NCBI RefSeq assembly: GCF_016432865.1
Contig: NC_067398.1
Location: 244,404,001-244,468,000 of the forward strand
Source of the DNA: Antechinus flavipes
Taxonomy: Eukaryota
Direction of reading: 5' to 3'
Length of the DNA stretch: 64,000 nucleotides
The notes under the pieces were generated by a model. It was given only the letters and a program-made list of their open reading frames with translations. It was not told the origin of the DNA and made no database searches. The position numbers and the translations under genes are program-made. This document shows, in pieces, positions 30,501 through 49,148 of the stretch. Position 1 is the first letter of the stretch, and every line of letters starts with the position of its first letter.

Positions 30501-32581
30501 AATTGGGGAATAACTCACGTCTTTATAGATTTATAGATTTGAAAATATATAGATAATATAGATTTATAGATTATATATAGTTCTTTGAGTACTTAAGATG
30601 TGAGATATTTGAGAAACTATATATTTTCCAGTTTACTGCTTTCCTTTTGATCTTGCCTACATTTGTTTTATTTATACATAAACTTTTGAATTTAATGCAA
30701 TAAAAATTATCCATTTTAATCTCACAACACTATCTCATTTATTCATAAATTAATCAGTATTCATGTCTGATAGTTAATATGTTTCATATTCTTCAAATTT
30801 TCTAATATATTCCTTTATATCTAGGTTCTGTATCTATTTTGACCTTATCTTGGTAAATGATATGATATATTGGTCTATGTCCAATTTCTGCCAGACTACT
30901 TTCCAGCTTTCCCAACAATTTCATCAAATAATAGATTATTATCCCCCAAATTTAAGTCTTTACACTTGTCAAATACTGGGAAACTGTATTCATTTTCTGC
31001 TGTAAATAGCATTATCTACTCTGTACCACTGACCTACCTTTCTCTTTCTTAGCCAATACCAGATAGTTTTTGACAATTACTGCCTTATAATATAGTTTAA
31101 GAGCTGATACTGCTAAATCTCCTTCCTTTACCTTTTTTCCATTATTTCTTTCTTGATCTTTTGTTCTTCCAAATGAGTTAGGTTTTTTTCCTAGCTCCAT
31201 AATTTTTTTGGCAATTTTAATTGACATGGCATTGAATATATGGATTAATTTTGATAAAATTGTCATTTCTTATATTGGCCTTGTCTATGCATGAACAATT
31301 AATATTTCTCCATATATTAACACTTGATTTTATTTGGGCACAAATATTTTTATGGTTTTGTTTACATACATTGTTCGGGATATCTCTATTTATCTCTTCC
31401 TGCAGGAGCCTGTTGATAATATGCTGATGAGTTGTGTGGATTTGCTTTATATCCTGTTAACTTTGTTGAAATTTCATTTCAATGAATTTTTTAGTTGAGT
31501 CTTTAGGATTTTCCAAGCATTATCATTATATTATCAGCAAAAGACAAAGTTTTACTTTGATTTTTTCAATTTCTTTTCCTTCTCCTATTGCAATTGCTAG
31601 AATTTCCAAAACAATATTGAATATTTGTGACAACGGGTATCTTTGTTTCACATCTGATTTTATTGGGAGAGTTTCTAGCTTATTCCCATTAAAAATAATG
31701 GTTGCTGATGTTTTTAAGCAAATGCATCTTATCTAAGAAAAAAATCATTTATGCCTATACTTTTGAGTGTTTTAAATAGGAATGCGTGTTGAATATTTTC
31801 TAAAGCAAATGCTTCTCTGCATCTACTGATATCATTTTTTGTTACTTTTATTACTGATATAACCAATTATGTTAATAGTTTTCCTTATGTTAAAACCATC
31901 CCTGCATTCCTCATATAAATCCTGCTTGTTCACAATGTATAATCTTTGTAATATATTATAGTAATTGCTTAACTAGTAGTATTTTATTCAGGATTTTTGC
32001 TTCCATATTAATTAATGAAATTGGTATATAATTTTCTTTCTGTTTTTACTTTTCCTGGTTTAAATGTCAGTATTATATTTGTTTCATAAAAGGAATTTGG
32101 AAGGACAACTTCTTTGCTTGTTATTCCAAATAATTTATTTAATATTTGAATTAGTTGGTCTTTAAATATGTAATAAAATTCACTTGTAAATTCATTTAGT
32201 TCTGGTGCTTTTTTCTTAGGAAGCTAACTAATGGCCTGCTCAATTTCTTTTTCTACGATAGGCCTATTCTATTTCCTCTTATGGTAATCTGGTCTATTTG
32301 TATTTTTGTAAATATTCTTCCATTTCCTTTAAGTTGTTAAATTTATTGGTGTATAATTTAGCAAAATAACACATTTGATATTATTTTCTTTATTGATTTT
32401 TTGTTTTTAATACTAGTAGTTTGATTTCTTTTCTTTTTTCTAAATCATAGTAACCAGTGGTTTATCTATTATTGATTTTCATAATACTTACTTCTAATAT
32501 TAATTCATTTTTTTTACACTCAGTTCTATTAATTTCATCTTAAAGTTTTAAGATTTCCAATTTACTGTCTTTTTTTTTTTG
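27558..32581 (-). mobile_element. Composite antisense LINE-1 block (older L1 with a younger L1 nested at about 28225-30020)
   Basis: T-rich tail at the left end. Minus-strand ORF2-like fragments at 29253-29492, 30041-30256 and 31012-31266, plus two 3'UTRs. Confidence 0.85.
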
Positions 32582-33129
32582 GTATTCCTAGCATATAGCA
32601 AGAGTACCTGGAACATAGTAAAATGCTTGTTGATTGATTTTAATTGATGATTTTTGTATGTGAATCTAGTTTAAATGTGAGAGATCAAGCCCAGTCAGAA
32701 AAGATTTAAGTCTTATTCAGATTCCTATCTTATATAGATCAATTATAGGCAATGTGGCATTATGGATAAAACCTGGCCTCAGAGTCAAAATTCACATTCT
32801 GCCTCTCACACATACTGAAGTCTAATCCTGAGCAAATCCACTGAACCTCTTATTGCCATAAACTTTATTTTCCAAAATTTTTTTTCTCAAGGAGGTAATG
32901 TGGGTTAAAGGACTTGCTCAGGATTGCATAGCTAGCAGTGTCTTGAGGCCACATTTGAACTCAGATCTTCTTCACTCTAGCCACAGTGCTCTATCCACTG
33001 AGCAACCTCACTGCCCCAAGCAGCTCTCTGAAGAATGTGAATTGTAGTCCAAGTCCAAGCTGGGCCTGATAGTTTGCCATACCTATAAAATCACAGATCT
33101 GTACCCAAAAGACAAGTATTTGCTATATA

Positions 33130-33600
33130 CTTATTCATAATGCCAAGGCTCCACCTAGCTAATTTACTGAACACATTCCCCATGATACATCACACTGGCT
33201 TCCTTGCTGCCTCTCCAATGTTATGCTTCATCTCTCAACTGGAAACATTTTCATTGGCTATCTCCCTCAACTCTTCGATCTCTCTTCCTTCAAGCCTCAG
33301 CTAAAGTCCCACCTTCTGCAAGAAGCCCAGTCCTTTTAGTTCCTTTACTCTGAGATTATCTCCAATTTATTCCGTATGTATACATATGTACATATATGTA
33401 TAGATACATATACAAAAATGTATATACCATGTATACACCTACATACACACAGATATTTTCCTTCTATATAGTTTGCATATTGTCTTCCTGGTTAAGATTG
33501 TGAGCTCCTCAGGGGGTTTACCTTTATCTTTCCTGTGTTTGCTTTGCACAGGGCCTGGCACATAGTAGATGCTTAATAAATGCTTGTTGACTGACTGATA
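33130..33600 (+). mobile_element. L2 3' fragment
   Basis: Ends in the L2 3' signature gcctggcacatagtagatgcttaataaatgcttgttgactgactga. Confidence 0.75.
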
Positions 33601-34859
33601 CACAGAGAAGTAAATATAAAGCAATTGGGAGTGGGGCAACAATTGGAGAAATCAGAAAAGTTTAATAGAAGGTGGCAGCTGTGATTTTAGGAGACCAAGG
33701 TGATGAGAGTGAAAGTATTCCCAGCATGGAGACAAGAGATGAAAGATCATAAATGGGATACATCGGGAAGTCCAATTGGACTGAAATATTAAAAATACAT
33801 AAGGAAGAGTATTGAGAGATAATTGGCTGAAGCTCAATAGTGAAACATTTTAAATGTCAAAGGAAGAAGTTTGGCATTTTATCACAGAAGTAACATGAAA
33901 TTAATTATTAACATGAATTAATATTCTTGAGTTTGGGAGATTGGTATGGTCAAATCGATTCTTTAGGAAAAAGTGTTGGGAAGCTGAAGTAGATTATATC
34001 ATGGATACAAAAAACAAAAATTAAACAAACAAAAAACAGGAGCCATGCAGTAGACTAGCCAAGAGTTTGCCAAATCTTCAATTGGGGTAATGTGATGTGA
34101 GAAAGGGATGGATGTGAAAGGCTGAATCTGTGTCAAACATGGCAACTAATTAGATGTAATGATCCAAGCAGGGTGAAGAACTGAAAATGACTACTAAGCT
34201 ACAAATCAGAATGAACAAAAAATGGTGGTACCCTTTATCAGAAATAAGGCAGTTGTAGAAAGGATGTGTGTGTAGGGATAATGAATGTCTATTTTGGACT
34301 TTTTAAGCTTGAGATACTTAGACTGAAATGTTGGCATTGGAATATGTATAGTAATTCCCCAAAAAACTTTAAAAGCTTGTTAATCTAGTAATTATTTTTC
34401 TGAATCTTTCCATTCTGGAACTAAGATATGAAGGGCTTTAAAAGCCAAATAATAAAGTTTCCATTGATTCTAGGGAGAATGGGGATGAACTTTTTGAGTA
34501 GAGGAGTGATTAGGCTTTAGGAATATCATTATGTCTGTGGAGAGGAAGATTTGGAGAGAGTTTCAGAAGCTTAAATTTCTGTGGGGAAAGAGAAATGGTC
34601 ACATTTTAAAGTGGCCTTTACCATGTGCCGATCCCTGTGTTAAACTCTTTACAATTATTATCTCATTTGATCCTTACAACCCTGGAAGATGTGTGCTGTT
34701 ATCATCCCCATTTTATAAATGATGAAACAGGCAGGCTAAAGTGCAGCGACTTCCCAAGGTCACAGAGCTAGAAAGTGTCTGACACTGGGTTTGAAACACT
34801 GGGCTTCTTCCAAATTCCAGGCCCAGAGCTTTACTCACAAGGCCACCTGGTAGCCCCTC

Positions 34860-37725
<2,866 letters not shown>

Positions 37726-39759
37726 AGGAATCTGGGAGAGATGTGAAGAAGCTCATACCCGACGGCTGTATCTTCTATATAAAGTATGAGGTCAGGCCAC
37801 CTATGTGTTGGGAGGGCAGTGATAAGAACTGAGGGTTTAAAGAGATAGGAGGTCTGGTAGAACTTCTCTAGGGAATGTTAATGGAAACAGAAGGAGACAA
37901 GTGAAGGACTAATGATTTCCATTGAGAGTTTTAAGTTAGACAGCTGATCAAAACAGATCTATTTTTGCTGGATTTAGGTTGAAACTCCAGTCTTTCTTGG
38001 TACCCTGCTCACTTAGCTAGTGTTTTGGGACCAAGAAGGGAATTAAGTATGGGTTCTGCCCCTAGGGTTCTTAGTATTAGACCAAAAGAAGAAAGCAACA
38101 CTTCCTCCCCCTAGTTTCTCCAAAACTGTTCATAGGTTTGGTTTTCTTTTATAAGGCATTGCTTTATGAAATACCTCATAGATGTTATCCCACTCATACA
38201 AGGAATGCCCCATTGCCAATTAGTCCATTAGATGATCCATGCACTCACTCAACCAATTAAATAGATTGTCTCTAGGCAGCTGGCTAGTCACCTTGAAATT
38301 TTAACTTAAAATCTCTGGTCCCTACCTTTTCCTTCAGATGGTAATGTTTTGCTGGTATCCATGTTCTATTTTAGAAAAGATATATTTACTATGTATTAAC
38401 TACCAGATAATTTATTTATGATACTCTAAAAGAAGAATGTCCACTTTTGTCTTGTGGAAGAAGCATAAGATAGTCTCTTTTTATTTTAACTTTTATTCCT
38501 TCAACTGAAAAACTGAGTAGTTAGGATGGGTTATCCAATATGGTTATATAGTATTTAAATCTTTGATATTTTGCATTTTCTTCTATTAGAATAAGTAGAA
38601 ACCTGCCACAGAAAAAGACTTATTAATAGATCTCTTTTCTTATTATCTCTAGTTAGAAACAACTTTCAGAATTGTTCTAATTTGTAATAGTTTTATCATC
38701 ATGTTGATCTTTCTCAGGGCAGGGATGAATAATTGTCCTTTTTCTTTTTTTGCACATCCTTCTCACTTTTTATATGTGTTTCTCTGTTCTTGCTCAATTT
38801 CGTAAAAATCTTTCTGGATTGTACCTTACAAGTGCCTTATTCATAGTTGTCTTGATAATTAAATTATTTTGTCTACATGAAATATCTGACTCAATTTTTT
38901 TGCCCCAAACCACATTACTTGTTGCTTAAAGAATGATTTTGAATAAATTAAAACCATAAGTTATATGGCTTTATTAATTCAGATCCTTTAATTTACAGTG
39001 AAAGGGTGTCCCACCACATATTGTAAAAACAAACTGGGCTTGCATAATTTTCTTTGGCCTTTTCCATCTTTTGAAAAGATCTGACCAGCTTATACAGAAT
39101 ATTTACATATTTATTTAAAAGCCTAGTTTCCTACACTATGGATTTGTCTGATCCCAAATTCTTTTTAAATTTGCTTTTTGTTGGCCATATTTCAGTGATA
39201 GAGTGGTATACGGGGGATTTGGAATTAGAGGAACTGGGATTGAATCCACTTTGCCACCCAGTTATCTGTGTGACATTGGACAAATATCTTGTCTATCTAG
39301 GCTTAAGTTTCTTCATCTGAATAATAAGAGGCTTGGACTGAGTGACTGACTTTAAGGCTCCTTGCTGTTTTAAATTTATCTTATATGGAGTAAGCATTTC
39401 TTCTAAACCATTTTTTCTTTGGGGATACCTCCCTCATCTAAATGCACTTTTCCGTCCTCAGAGAGTTCCGCAGTCTTCTACAGAATGCTAACGCTGGCAT
39501 ATTTCTGTGAACCCTATTTACCTTAGACCGCGGGCTAATCCCTTACAGCAAATCCCAACACTGAAATTTTGGCATCCCCTTTTATTCATTTCAAGCATTT
39601 ATTTGACACCTATTGTTGTAGTTTAGAAAGACACAATTACACAGCATAGTTAGTTTTTGGTAGTTTTGGTCAAGATGGTATTTTGTATTTTTTCCAAGAT
39701 AAGGATCAGATGTCCCCACCTAACAATTGTACCGAAAAATTAAGGGAAAAGTGTTGAGA

Positions 39760-41684
<1,925 letters not shown>

Positions 41685-44600
41685 TCTACTTCACTGGGGA
41701 TGGGGGAGAAGTGATTGGAGAGGAGCTGAAGGTCTAATCATGGTCAAAGTACTAGAGGTAGGCTCTGAAAGGCATGGAAGGGAGTAACCAAGTGAGACTT
41801 GGAACCTAAAGCCAGTTCCTTACATCTCTTTTATGGGTATAATTCTATATTTTTTAAAGGGAGGGGAAATATACCTGTAAAGAATTCAAATTAAACTTTG
41901 CAAAAAAAAAAAATCATTCATACAAATAGGAGTTACAAAGTAGCTTAAATTTTACTGAAGCCATCCAATAAGTACAGTCTAGTCCAGCCTGCTGTCTACT
42001 TGCTCTTGAAGTATCCGCTATATGAATAAAATCTTTGGCAGTACTGAGAAAACGTGCACAGGGAGATGGGGATATTGGATCTGGGAAAGAAGAGCCATTG
42101 CTGGGTTGTCAGGTTAGGAGATAGATAGATACAGTAGTAAACAGGTTCTGAGTTAAGGCCCAGAAAAGTGGTTAAGGCAAAACCAGAGATCCAGGACCGA
42201 ATGAACAGTTCAATGTTGGCTTAATGCAGATACATTGGAGTAGGCAGTAGTTCTGCAATCAGAAAGAAATTTTGGGAAGCATTTGGGTTAGAGAAGTCTA
42301 GGGATGATGAAGAGTCAGGAAACTGAAACAATATCCAATGGGACAACAGCCTCAAGTAGGGCATCAGTAGTAAACCCTTAAAAAGATAGGTTGGGATGAA
42401 CTGTGGCCTGATCAAATTCTTGAAGTTCAGTCATATTGGAATCATAATTTTGTTTCTCTGTGCAGGAAACACTGAAGAGAGTAAAGACTAGTTAGAACAC
42501 TACTAATGATTCAGGCGACTGGTAATGATGACATTGTCCATCCTAGAGGAAGTTCAGTTATAAAGGTACAGATGGAAAAACCATAATAGAATAATTGGTA
42601 GCTATGGTTTGGAGCTGTTTAGCTGATGTGAAAGACAGGAGTCTAAAGAAATCTGACTTCCCCCAAGTTAACAGGCAAAAACAAACCAGAATTCTGTTCT
42701 CCTTATCCTTGGACCACTATTGTTTCCACAGCAGCATACTACATTTGACCTTCCATCTAATGTAGGCCAGTCAGATACAAAGGTAGACTCCTGGAGCAAG
42801 GGGAAATATCCAAAGACTCACAACTATGTTTTTACCAAAGTAGGCAAAACCAAAGAAGTATATGAGTCTTTTAACCTGAGTTCCAAGACATATTTTATGG
42901 TCTGAAACTTTTGTCTAGCTTGATCAGAGTGACTGAATAGTTATCTCTATGGTCACATTTATCGAAAAACTGATCTTAATGTATGAGAGAGTCTACTTGT
43001 TGGAGGCCAAAGTTTAAGAAACAATTATCTTTTGTTGAGTACTCTTTTTGGGAGTGGGGAAAGTAATTAACATAACAAATCTTTTGTATTCTCTGCCCTA
43101 TTCAATCATGTAACTCCAAAGATGTGGTTTGCCTTGGACAACTGTAAAGGACTATCTCTTTTTCTATCCCCTTCTCATTTTCATCTAAGGTACCTACTAG
43201 ACATGTGTACCATTCTGAAAGATTTTATAAAAATGAGAATGTTTTGTCCTCCCTGCCCAAAAAGAAAAAAAACAAGAATATAATCATGTGGATTACTAGC
43301 TCTGTATCTCTCACTTCACCTTTTTTAGGTATTCATATCCATAATTTTTTCCTCTTTTGTATTTTCCCCCCACTTGGGATAAAGTGATCTCCCATAAATT
43401 TCAATATGGTGTTACTTCCATTGCAGATTTTTGATGTGTACCTTTTTGTCTGCCTAAACATCAGATCAGTTTTCCTATATTGTGTTAAGATCCAAATGAG
43501 ATGGTTTCTCTCTCACCAATGATGAAAATAGATGATTAGCAGAACTTTGATTAATTTGTTTTATTCTGTTCCTTTTTCCATTCTAGGCATCTACTTCCTG
43601 CCTATTTAATCTATTAATAATGCTTTTAATTTTATCTTCCTAAGTTAAGCTTTCTGTGGCATTTTTCTCTTCTGCTACTTTTTTCTATTTTATGAGAAAA
43701 TTCTTGTAATATTCCATCTTACTAATCAGTGTTTTACAAATGAATTTGTATTTTAAACCATTTTTGCTCTTATTTGTCACATCTTCTCTGCTTGGCAAAG
43801 AGATCATATGTTTTCTGATCAAGGCTGTTTCTGTCCTCTTTTGGCCTCCATACTATGGCTGTTGCTTTTACATTATGTATAATTTTGTAGGAATGAGTGA
43901 TATGGTCAACATCTTTGCCTTTTTCCATTTCCCATTTTTTCAGCCTTCACAAACTCATTTGAATAGATGAGGCTGAAACTATTGCAACTGTCCTTCCAAC
44001 AGAAGACTGATAAAGGGAGCAGAGACTGTTGGGAAGATTAATCTGGAGATAGTATGCTGGAATCACACTGGAAGGGGATGTCAGATCCTACCAAGGAGGC
44101 TGAAAAATGATTTTGCAATCAACACACTACTGGTGACCTTGAAGAAGGAGCAGTTTCATTGAGTGGTAGGTATAGGAAATAATATTTCTGGAAGTTAAGC
44201 ATAGGTTGTAAGCATAGAGGTGAAATATGAAGTGCTCAAGTGAGAATTTTGGCAGCGAAAAAAGGGAAATAAGAGGGTCCACCAATGTAACATTTTTCCC
44301 TATAATAAAGTGACATTTACATAGTACTTGTCTGTAAAGTACTTTGTGTTTATTATCTGATTTGATCTTTACAACAATCCTGTGAGGTAAATAATAGTTT
44401 TATTGTTCTCCTGAAGGAAATGAAGCTGAGAATTTAGGTGACTTCATCTATCCCAATCTAGTCTTTTTATAGATGAGAAAACTGAGGCTCAATAGAAATT
44501 AAGTAACTTACCCACAGGTCAGAGCTGGCATTAAAATTCTCATCAAAAACTCTAAACCTCAAGCCCCTAATTTAGGTTGCCACTTTCACGTGTGAAAAAC

Positions 44601-45529
44601 CAGAGTATGTTCTTGAAGATGCAAGAAAGCATTGGGGAGAGAAACTGAAGACCTTGAAGAGAGAAAAGGTCCTTGAGATGAGTTAGATATATTCCAAAAG
44701 ACACAAGTGGAAGAGTCATTAACATTTAAAATAAGATAGCACTGCAGCTGAGCCTGAAGAGCAAGGAAAAAAAGGCAGGAAGAAATAAAAAGAGAAATTT
44801 TGAATTCAATGTTACTAGAGATTACATCTGCTACTGGATACAATTTTTTTCCCCCCAACAAGGTGGCAGAGCAGGAAAGGGGGAGGATAAGAATAAGAGT
44901 TTATTAAAGAGTGACGGTTTGAAACAATCACTGTTGGATGTTTGCTAAGGAATGATGAAACAGACTAATAGGAAATCAAAATGAATTTGGGGGATCTTCC
45001 ATATATGTTCCTTTATATTCTCACTTTAACTTACAATAGTCTTCAACTGCTTACTTTATTTCTAGGGTTTCTAACCTAAAGTACACTCCCAATTTGCCTT
45101 AGTAATTGGGGGAAAAAACCTAGGGAGGGAGTCAAATGTCAATTCTCATTATAACCTTCCTACTAGAAATTACTCTAAGTCACAGCTTCTCTATTTCTTT
45201 TCCGATGACTGTTTCTTTCTAGCTTTGAAATAATTTCTATGATTCTATAAAGAAATGTTTTAAAACGTAGGGAGGAAAACCGGTGAAAAGGGAAAGACCA
45301 GAAATGCCAGCAAAAGAAATGAGGTAGTTAAGGTCCAAATGGCTGAGGATCGATGAAGAACGAAGTTGGGTCGGAAATGGGTGGAGGGTACTTACCCCCA
45401 GAATAGAGGAAAGAATGAGGATGAGTAAACAAATTTTCACTAAAGAATGAATGATAAGTGGGAAATGGGATCGTAACCACTCGAGAAAATCACTGATTTG
45501 ATGGCTACTGAGAGGAAGGGGAAAATGAC

Positions 45530-46560
45530 TTGAGACGTGGGAGTTTAAGCGACATCTGGCTAAGCCCGGGGACACGTGATCTCGGGAGCGAAGAAGCGAG
45601 GGGCACCCCCGAGCCTGTCTGCCCTCCCCTTGAGAAGCGGCGGACGCTGCCCCACGAGTCCTCCACCCATCCCGACCCGGTCTGCGGGACTCCCTCAGAC
45701 AGCTACCCGGAAACCCAGCTCAGCCGCTTCCCTGCCGCCCACGAGGTCAAATCTCCCAATCCAGCGGGGAAAGGACCGAATGAGGCATCCGGGAGACCCT
45801 TAAGGAATGAATTGGAGAAGGCGGGAGGAGGCTACAAAACCAGAAATTGCCGGTTTAAGTCCTCCAAACTCGAATGCTGTCGTAACTTCCGCTTCCGCCG
45901 CAAACCATAAATGTACCGTGGCTTTACCACGCCTACGCCAGACGTCACGTCCCATGATCTCCGCATCGTGTCTTTAAAACCTGCATTTTTTTTTTTTCCA
46001 GTTGGCACAAAATTGGGAACTCCAGGACCTGGATTTTATGCTTTTTCTTAGCATTTCCTGAATGAAAACTAGCTCTTCTCGCCAGGATAGAACAAATCAG
46101 AAACGGTGCAGGGGTCCTCAAACTTTTTAAATAGGGGGCCAGTTCACTGTCCCTCAGACTGTTGGAGGGCCGGACTATAGTAAAAACAAAAACTTTTTGT
46201 GGGCCTTTAAATAAACTTCATAGCCCTGGGTGAGGGGGATAAACGTGCTCAGCTGCCGCATCTGGCCTGCGGGCTGTAGTTTTAGGACCCCTGCAGGGAC
46301 CGGCATAGCGAGTTTCCACGTTATGCCTTGATTCTCCCTATATTATCTTTGTAGTTGTCCCAAGAGGCGTTTGCAGTCGTCACACACTGCAGTCATGCAA
46401 TCCCCACGAGGAAACAGTCGTGGGGAAATCCTATTTTGGACAGTGGCAGCGCCGGGCCGCAATCCCGAGCTAGGAGGTCAGGAGCCCAGCATCGTACCTG
46501 CGCGGGGCATGCGGGCTATCCCTGAGTCGGTGGCCCGAGCTGCACTGATTGTGGAGTTGG
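45530..46560. promoter_or_regulatory. Orphan CpG island with promoter motifs and no intact downstream gene
   Basis: CpG-rich; tandem ETS motif CTTCCGCTTCCG at about 45887 and CRE-like GACGTCACG at about 45940. Confidence 0.65.
46109..46293. mobile_element. Non-autonomous hAT MITE resembling OposCharlie1 (OC1)
   Basis: 185 bp with TIRs CAGGGGTCCTCAAAC / GTTTTAGGACCCCTG. Family assignment is from memory of the consensus; no 8-bp TSD is visible. Confidence 0.75.
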
Positions 46561-46639
46561 TTTCACATCTAGCCCTGAGGTCACAGAAAGTAACTTAAGA
46601 TGTCTGCCTGAGCCTCAGACTCCTAAGATTATCTTCTAA

Positions 46640-46672
<33 letters not shown>

Positions 46673-47472
46673 CTGAAGGAGCTCCTTCTCTTGACAAGTA
46701 AATCAAGGAGCCTTGATCTAAGTCCTATTGAAGTTTGGGATAGAATGGTCTGTACCTGGTCCTTTTTATTTAAACAAAATTTGGGTTATCAATGAATTGG
46801 CTCCTTGTAAATCAGGTGTTCCTATTTTCTATCTTTCAGAAAACCTGTACAAACTCCAAAACTTAACATTGCAAGTGACCTGAGGGCTTTTGAAGGATTC
46901 CCAGTGTCTCTCCCCACCCCTACCCCCTTACTGTCCAAAGTGGAAATACCTAGGTACTATATATTTAAAGTCTCCTGTCTACCCCTTGAGGCAAGCTCAG
47001 AAAAATTCCCCTGCACGATATGCATTTGACTCCCAGAGATGCCAGTGTCCAGATGAGTTTGGCCAGCTAACTTTTGATTCCTTAGTGTATTTCAGATGTG
47101 TGAGGCTGAGGTGCCTAAAGGCATGGTCACACGTAACTTCATATGCAGAGGGGTCAGAAGTTTATATCCTTATTTAAGTAGGCTATTATTTTCTGACCAC
47201 TCTCCATCAGTCCCTAAATTCATCCTACCAGGACTTTTCAAGTTACATAAGGCTTGATTTCATACTAAGATGAAAAAGTGATCATAAGAAGAAAATCAGA
47301 CAATTAAGATGTTACTAGTATTACTTTGTATATATGAATATATATATAGATAAAATCAAATAGTTTGAAGACAATTTTTTATTCTGTATATTATTTTGTT
47401 GAGATTATAATCAATTTTCAATAAAAGCAGACAATTTCACACTTTCACTTTAGAGTTGTTAGAGTTCACTTT

Positions 47473-47715
47473 AGAGAGAGGACTATGGAGATTGAATGTG
47501 AATCAAAGCATAGTATTTATTTTTGCTAAGCAAGACAAATATAGAAATATGGTTAGAAGATTTGTTCACATTTAGCCTTATCAGACTGGTTGCTATCTTT
47601 GGGATGGGAGAAGAGAGAGGAGAGGGAGAAATATTTGGAATACAAGGTTTTGTGAAAATGAATGCTGAAAACTATTTTTGCATGTATTTGGAAAAATAAA
47701 TTTTAAATGAAATCA
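47473..47715 (+). repeat. 243-bp direct repeat, copy A (copy B at 49149-49391), derived from an old L1 3'UTR
   Basis: About 97% identity, including shared degraded features. Confidence 0.92.
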
Positions 47716-48088
47716 TTTCTCATTAGGCAAATAATTTCATTAGAGTTATTAACCCTGAGCTGATCTCAGAGGTACCCTCTGGCTTCCTCCAGTTCCTGAT
47801 GCCTATGGGTAAGAGAATCCATCTTACCAATTGAAGAACAGCTCCCCTAGTTAAAGAAGTTCTGCTTTGACTTTTTAACTAGCTGTGAAAATGGGTGAGG
47901 CACAGGAAGCAGACTGGCTTGGAGATCCCTATCAATCAGGATTGAAAGACTCCTAGTTGGTTCCAGAGGCCTTATATCTATCTATTATTGATTCTTCCTG
48001 TGGGAAGACTGGCTGTCCCATCACCAAAGCAAGAATAAACATCATGGCTAGAAGAGGATCTGAATTCTGGATTCTCCCTATCTACCAG

Positions 48089-48420
48089 CGGGTGGCAGAA
48101 TCCAGAACAAAGGAAGAAGATATAAAGATGGAAAAATCAGAGTTTGATCCTGTGGGGGAGCAGACAGGAGATCCTGAGATTAAAGATGTTGACATGACTT
48201 GAATAAAGTCTTGGGTCAGCCTTTATCTGATGAAACCTGACAAGAACTCCCCTAATCCCGCAAATTAGATAAAATATTAAAGTCCACAGTTTGTGGATGC
48301 TCCTTAACCCCTTCAGTTTGATTTCACAGTGAGTGCACATGGGAGGGCTCCCCTATATGTGGATGCAGTGTGGAGCCGGTTCAGAGCCATCCAGCACATC
48401 TCCTTAGATCTGCAGTGCCA
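48089..48420 (+). pseudogene. Fossil exon 3 of a ZNF785/689-type gene
   Basis: Acceptor attctccctatctaccag followed by a QNK linker resembles the 17733 acceptor region. Degenerate fingers CGCS..PS..S.Q*VHMGGLPYMWMQCGAG lie at 48292-48385. Confidence 0.5.
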
Positions 48421-49148
48421 TGAAGCCCCATCTTTACTTCTAGTCTGAAAAATGGGCTGTAGAAGCACACCAGTAGCTTACCAACCTAGTGCTTCAGAAC
48501 AGAGTAGAACAAGAACTAGTGTGAGAACTGCCTGCCCAGAATGACCTGAACCCACCTCCTACCCCCAAGCTTTCCACACTACCCAGAGACCTCATTGGTA
48601 TGGAGAGAAAGGTTAAAGAATAGTCAAGGGGCAACTAGAGGGTGAAGTGGATAGAGATGACCCTAGAGACAGGAGGATCTGAGTTCAAATCCTACCTCAG
48701 ACACTTACCACTTGTTCTGCTAACACCAATTGCCTTGACAAAAAAAAAAAAAAAAAAAAAAAAAAGCTGAGCCAGGGTACAAAGACAACAGAAAGCATCC
48801 TAATGACAGGGAAGAAACCTAAAAAAGTCTGCAACAAATCTTACTCCCTATAACCTTAGTGGCTGAAGAATAAAGAGATAATTTGTGTTGATCCTTTCTT
48901 GCCTCTGTCATACCCCCTTTTGTGCCATGTGGCTTTCTGCCAAGTATTAAAGCCTTGGATTGCCTCCTCAAGCCTCTTCCCCTAACTCTAGTTTCCTCTG
49001 TTCCCCTGACTTGGCTCCATATTCTCTGCAGGGTCTGATAGTAAAAGTTCTTTTAAAAAATGAAATCAGATGGAAGTGGCTCTTTTCAGCAATGAGGTGA
49101 TTTAAGGCAATTCCAATAAACTTGTGATGGAAAGTGCCATCTGCCTTC

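Noticed and set aside
47957-48202. ORF with KRAB-B-like spacing (GCPITKARINIMARRGSEFW)
   Set aside because: No AG acceptor or donor at the expected places, and it runs into the polypyrimidine tract of the exon-3 fossil. Probably coincidental, though an HMM scan could revive it.
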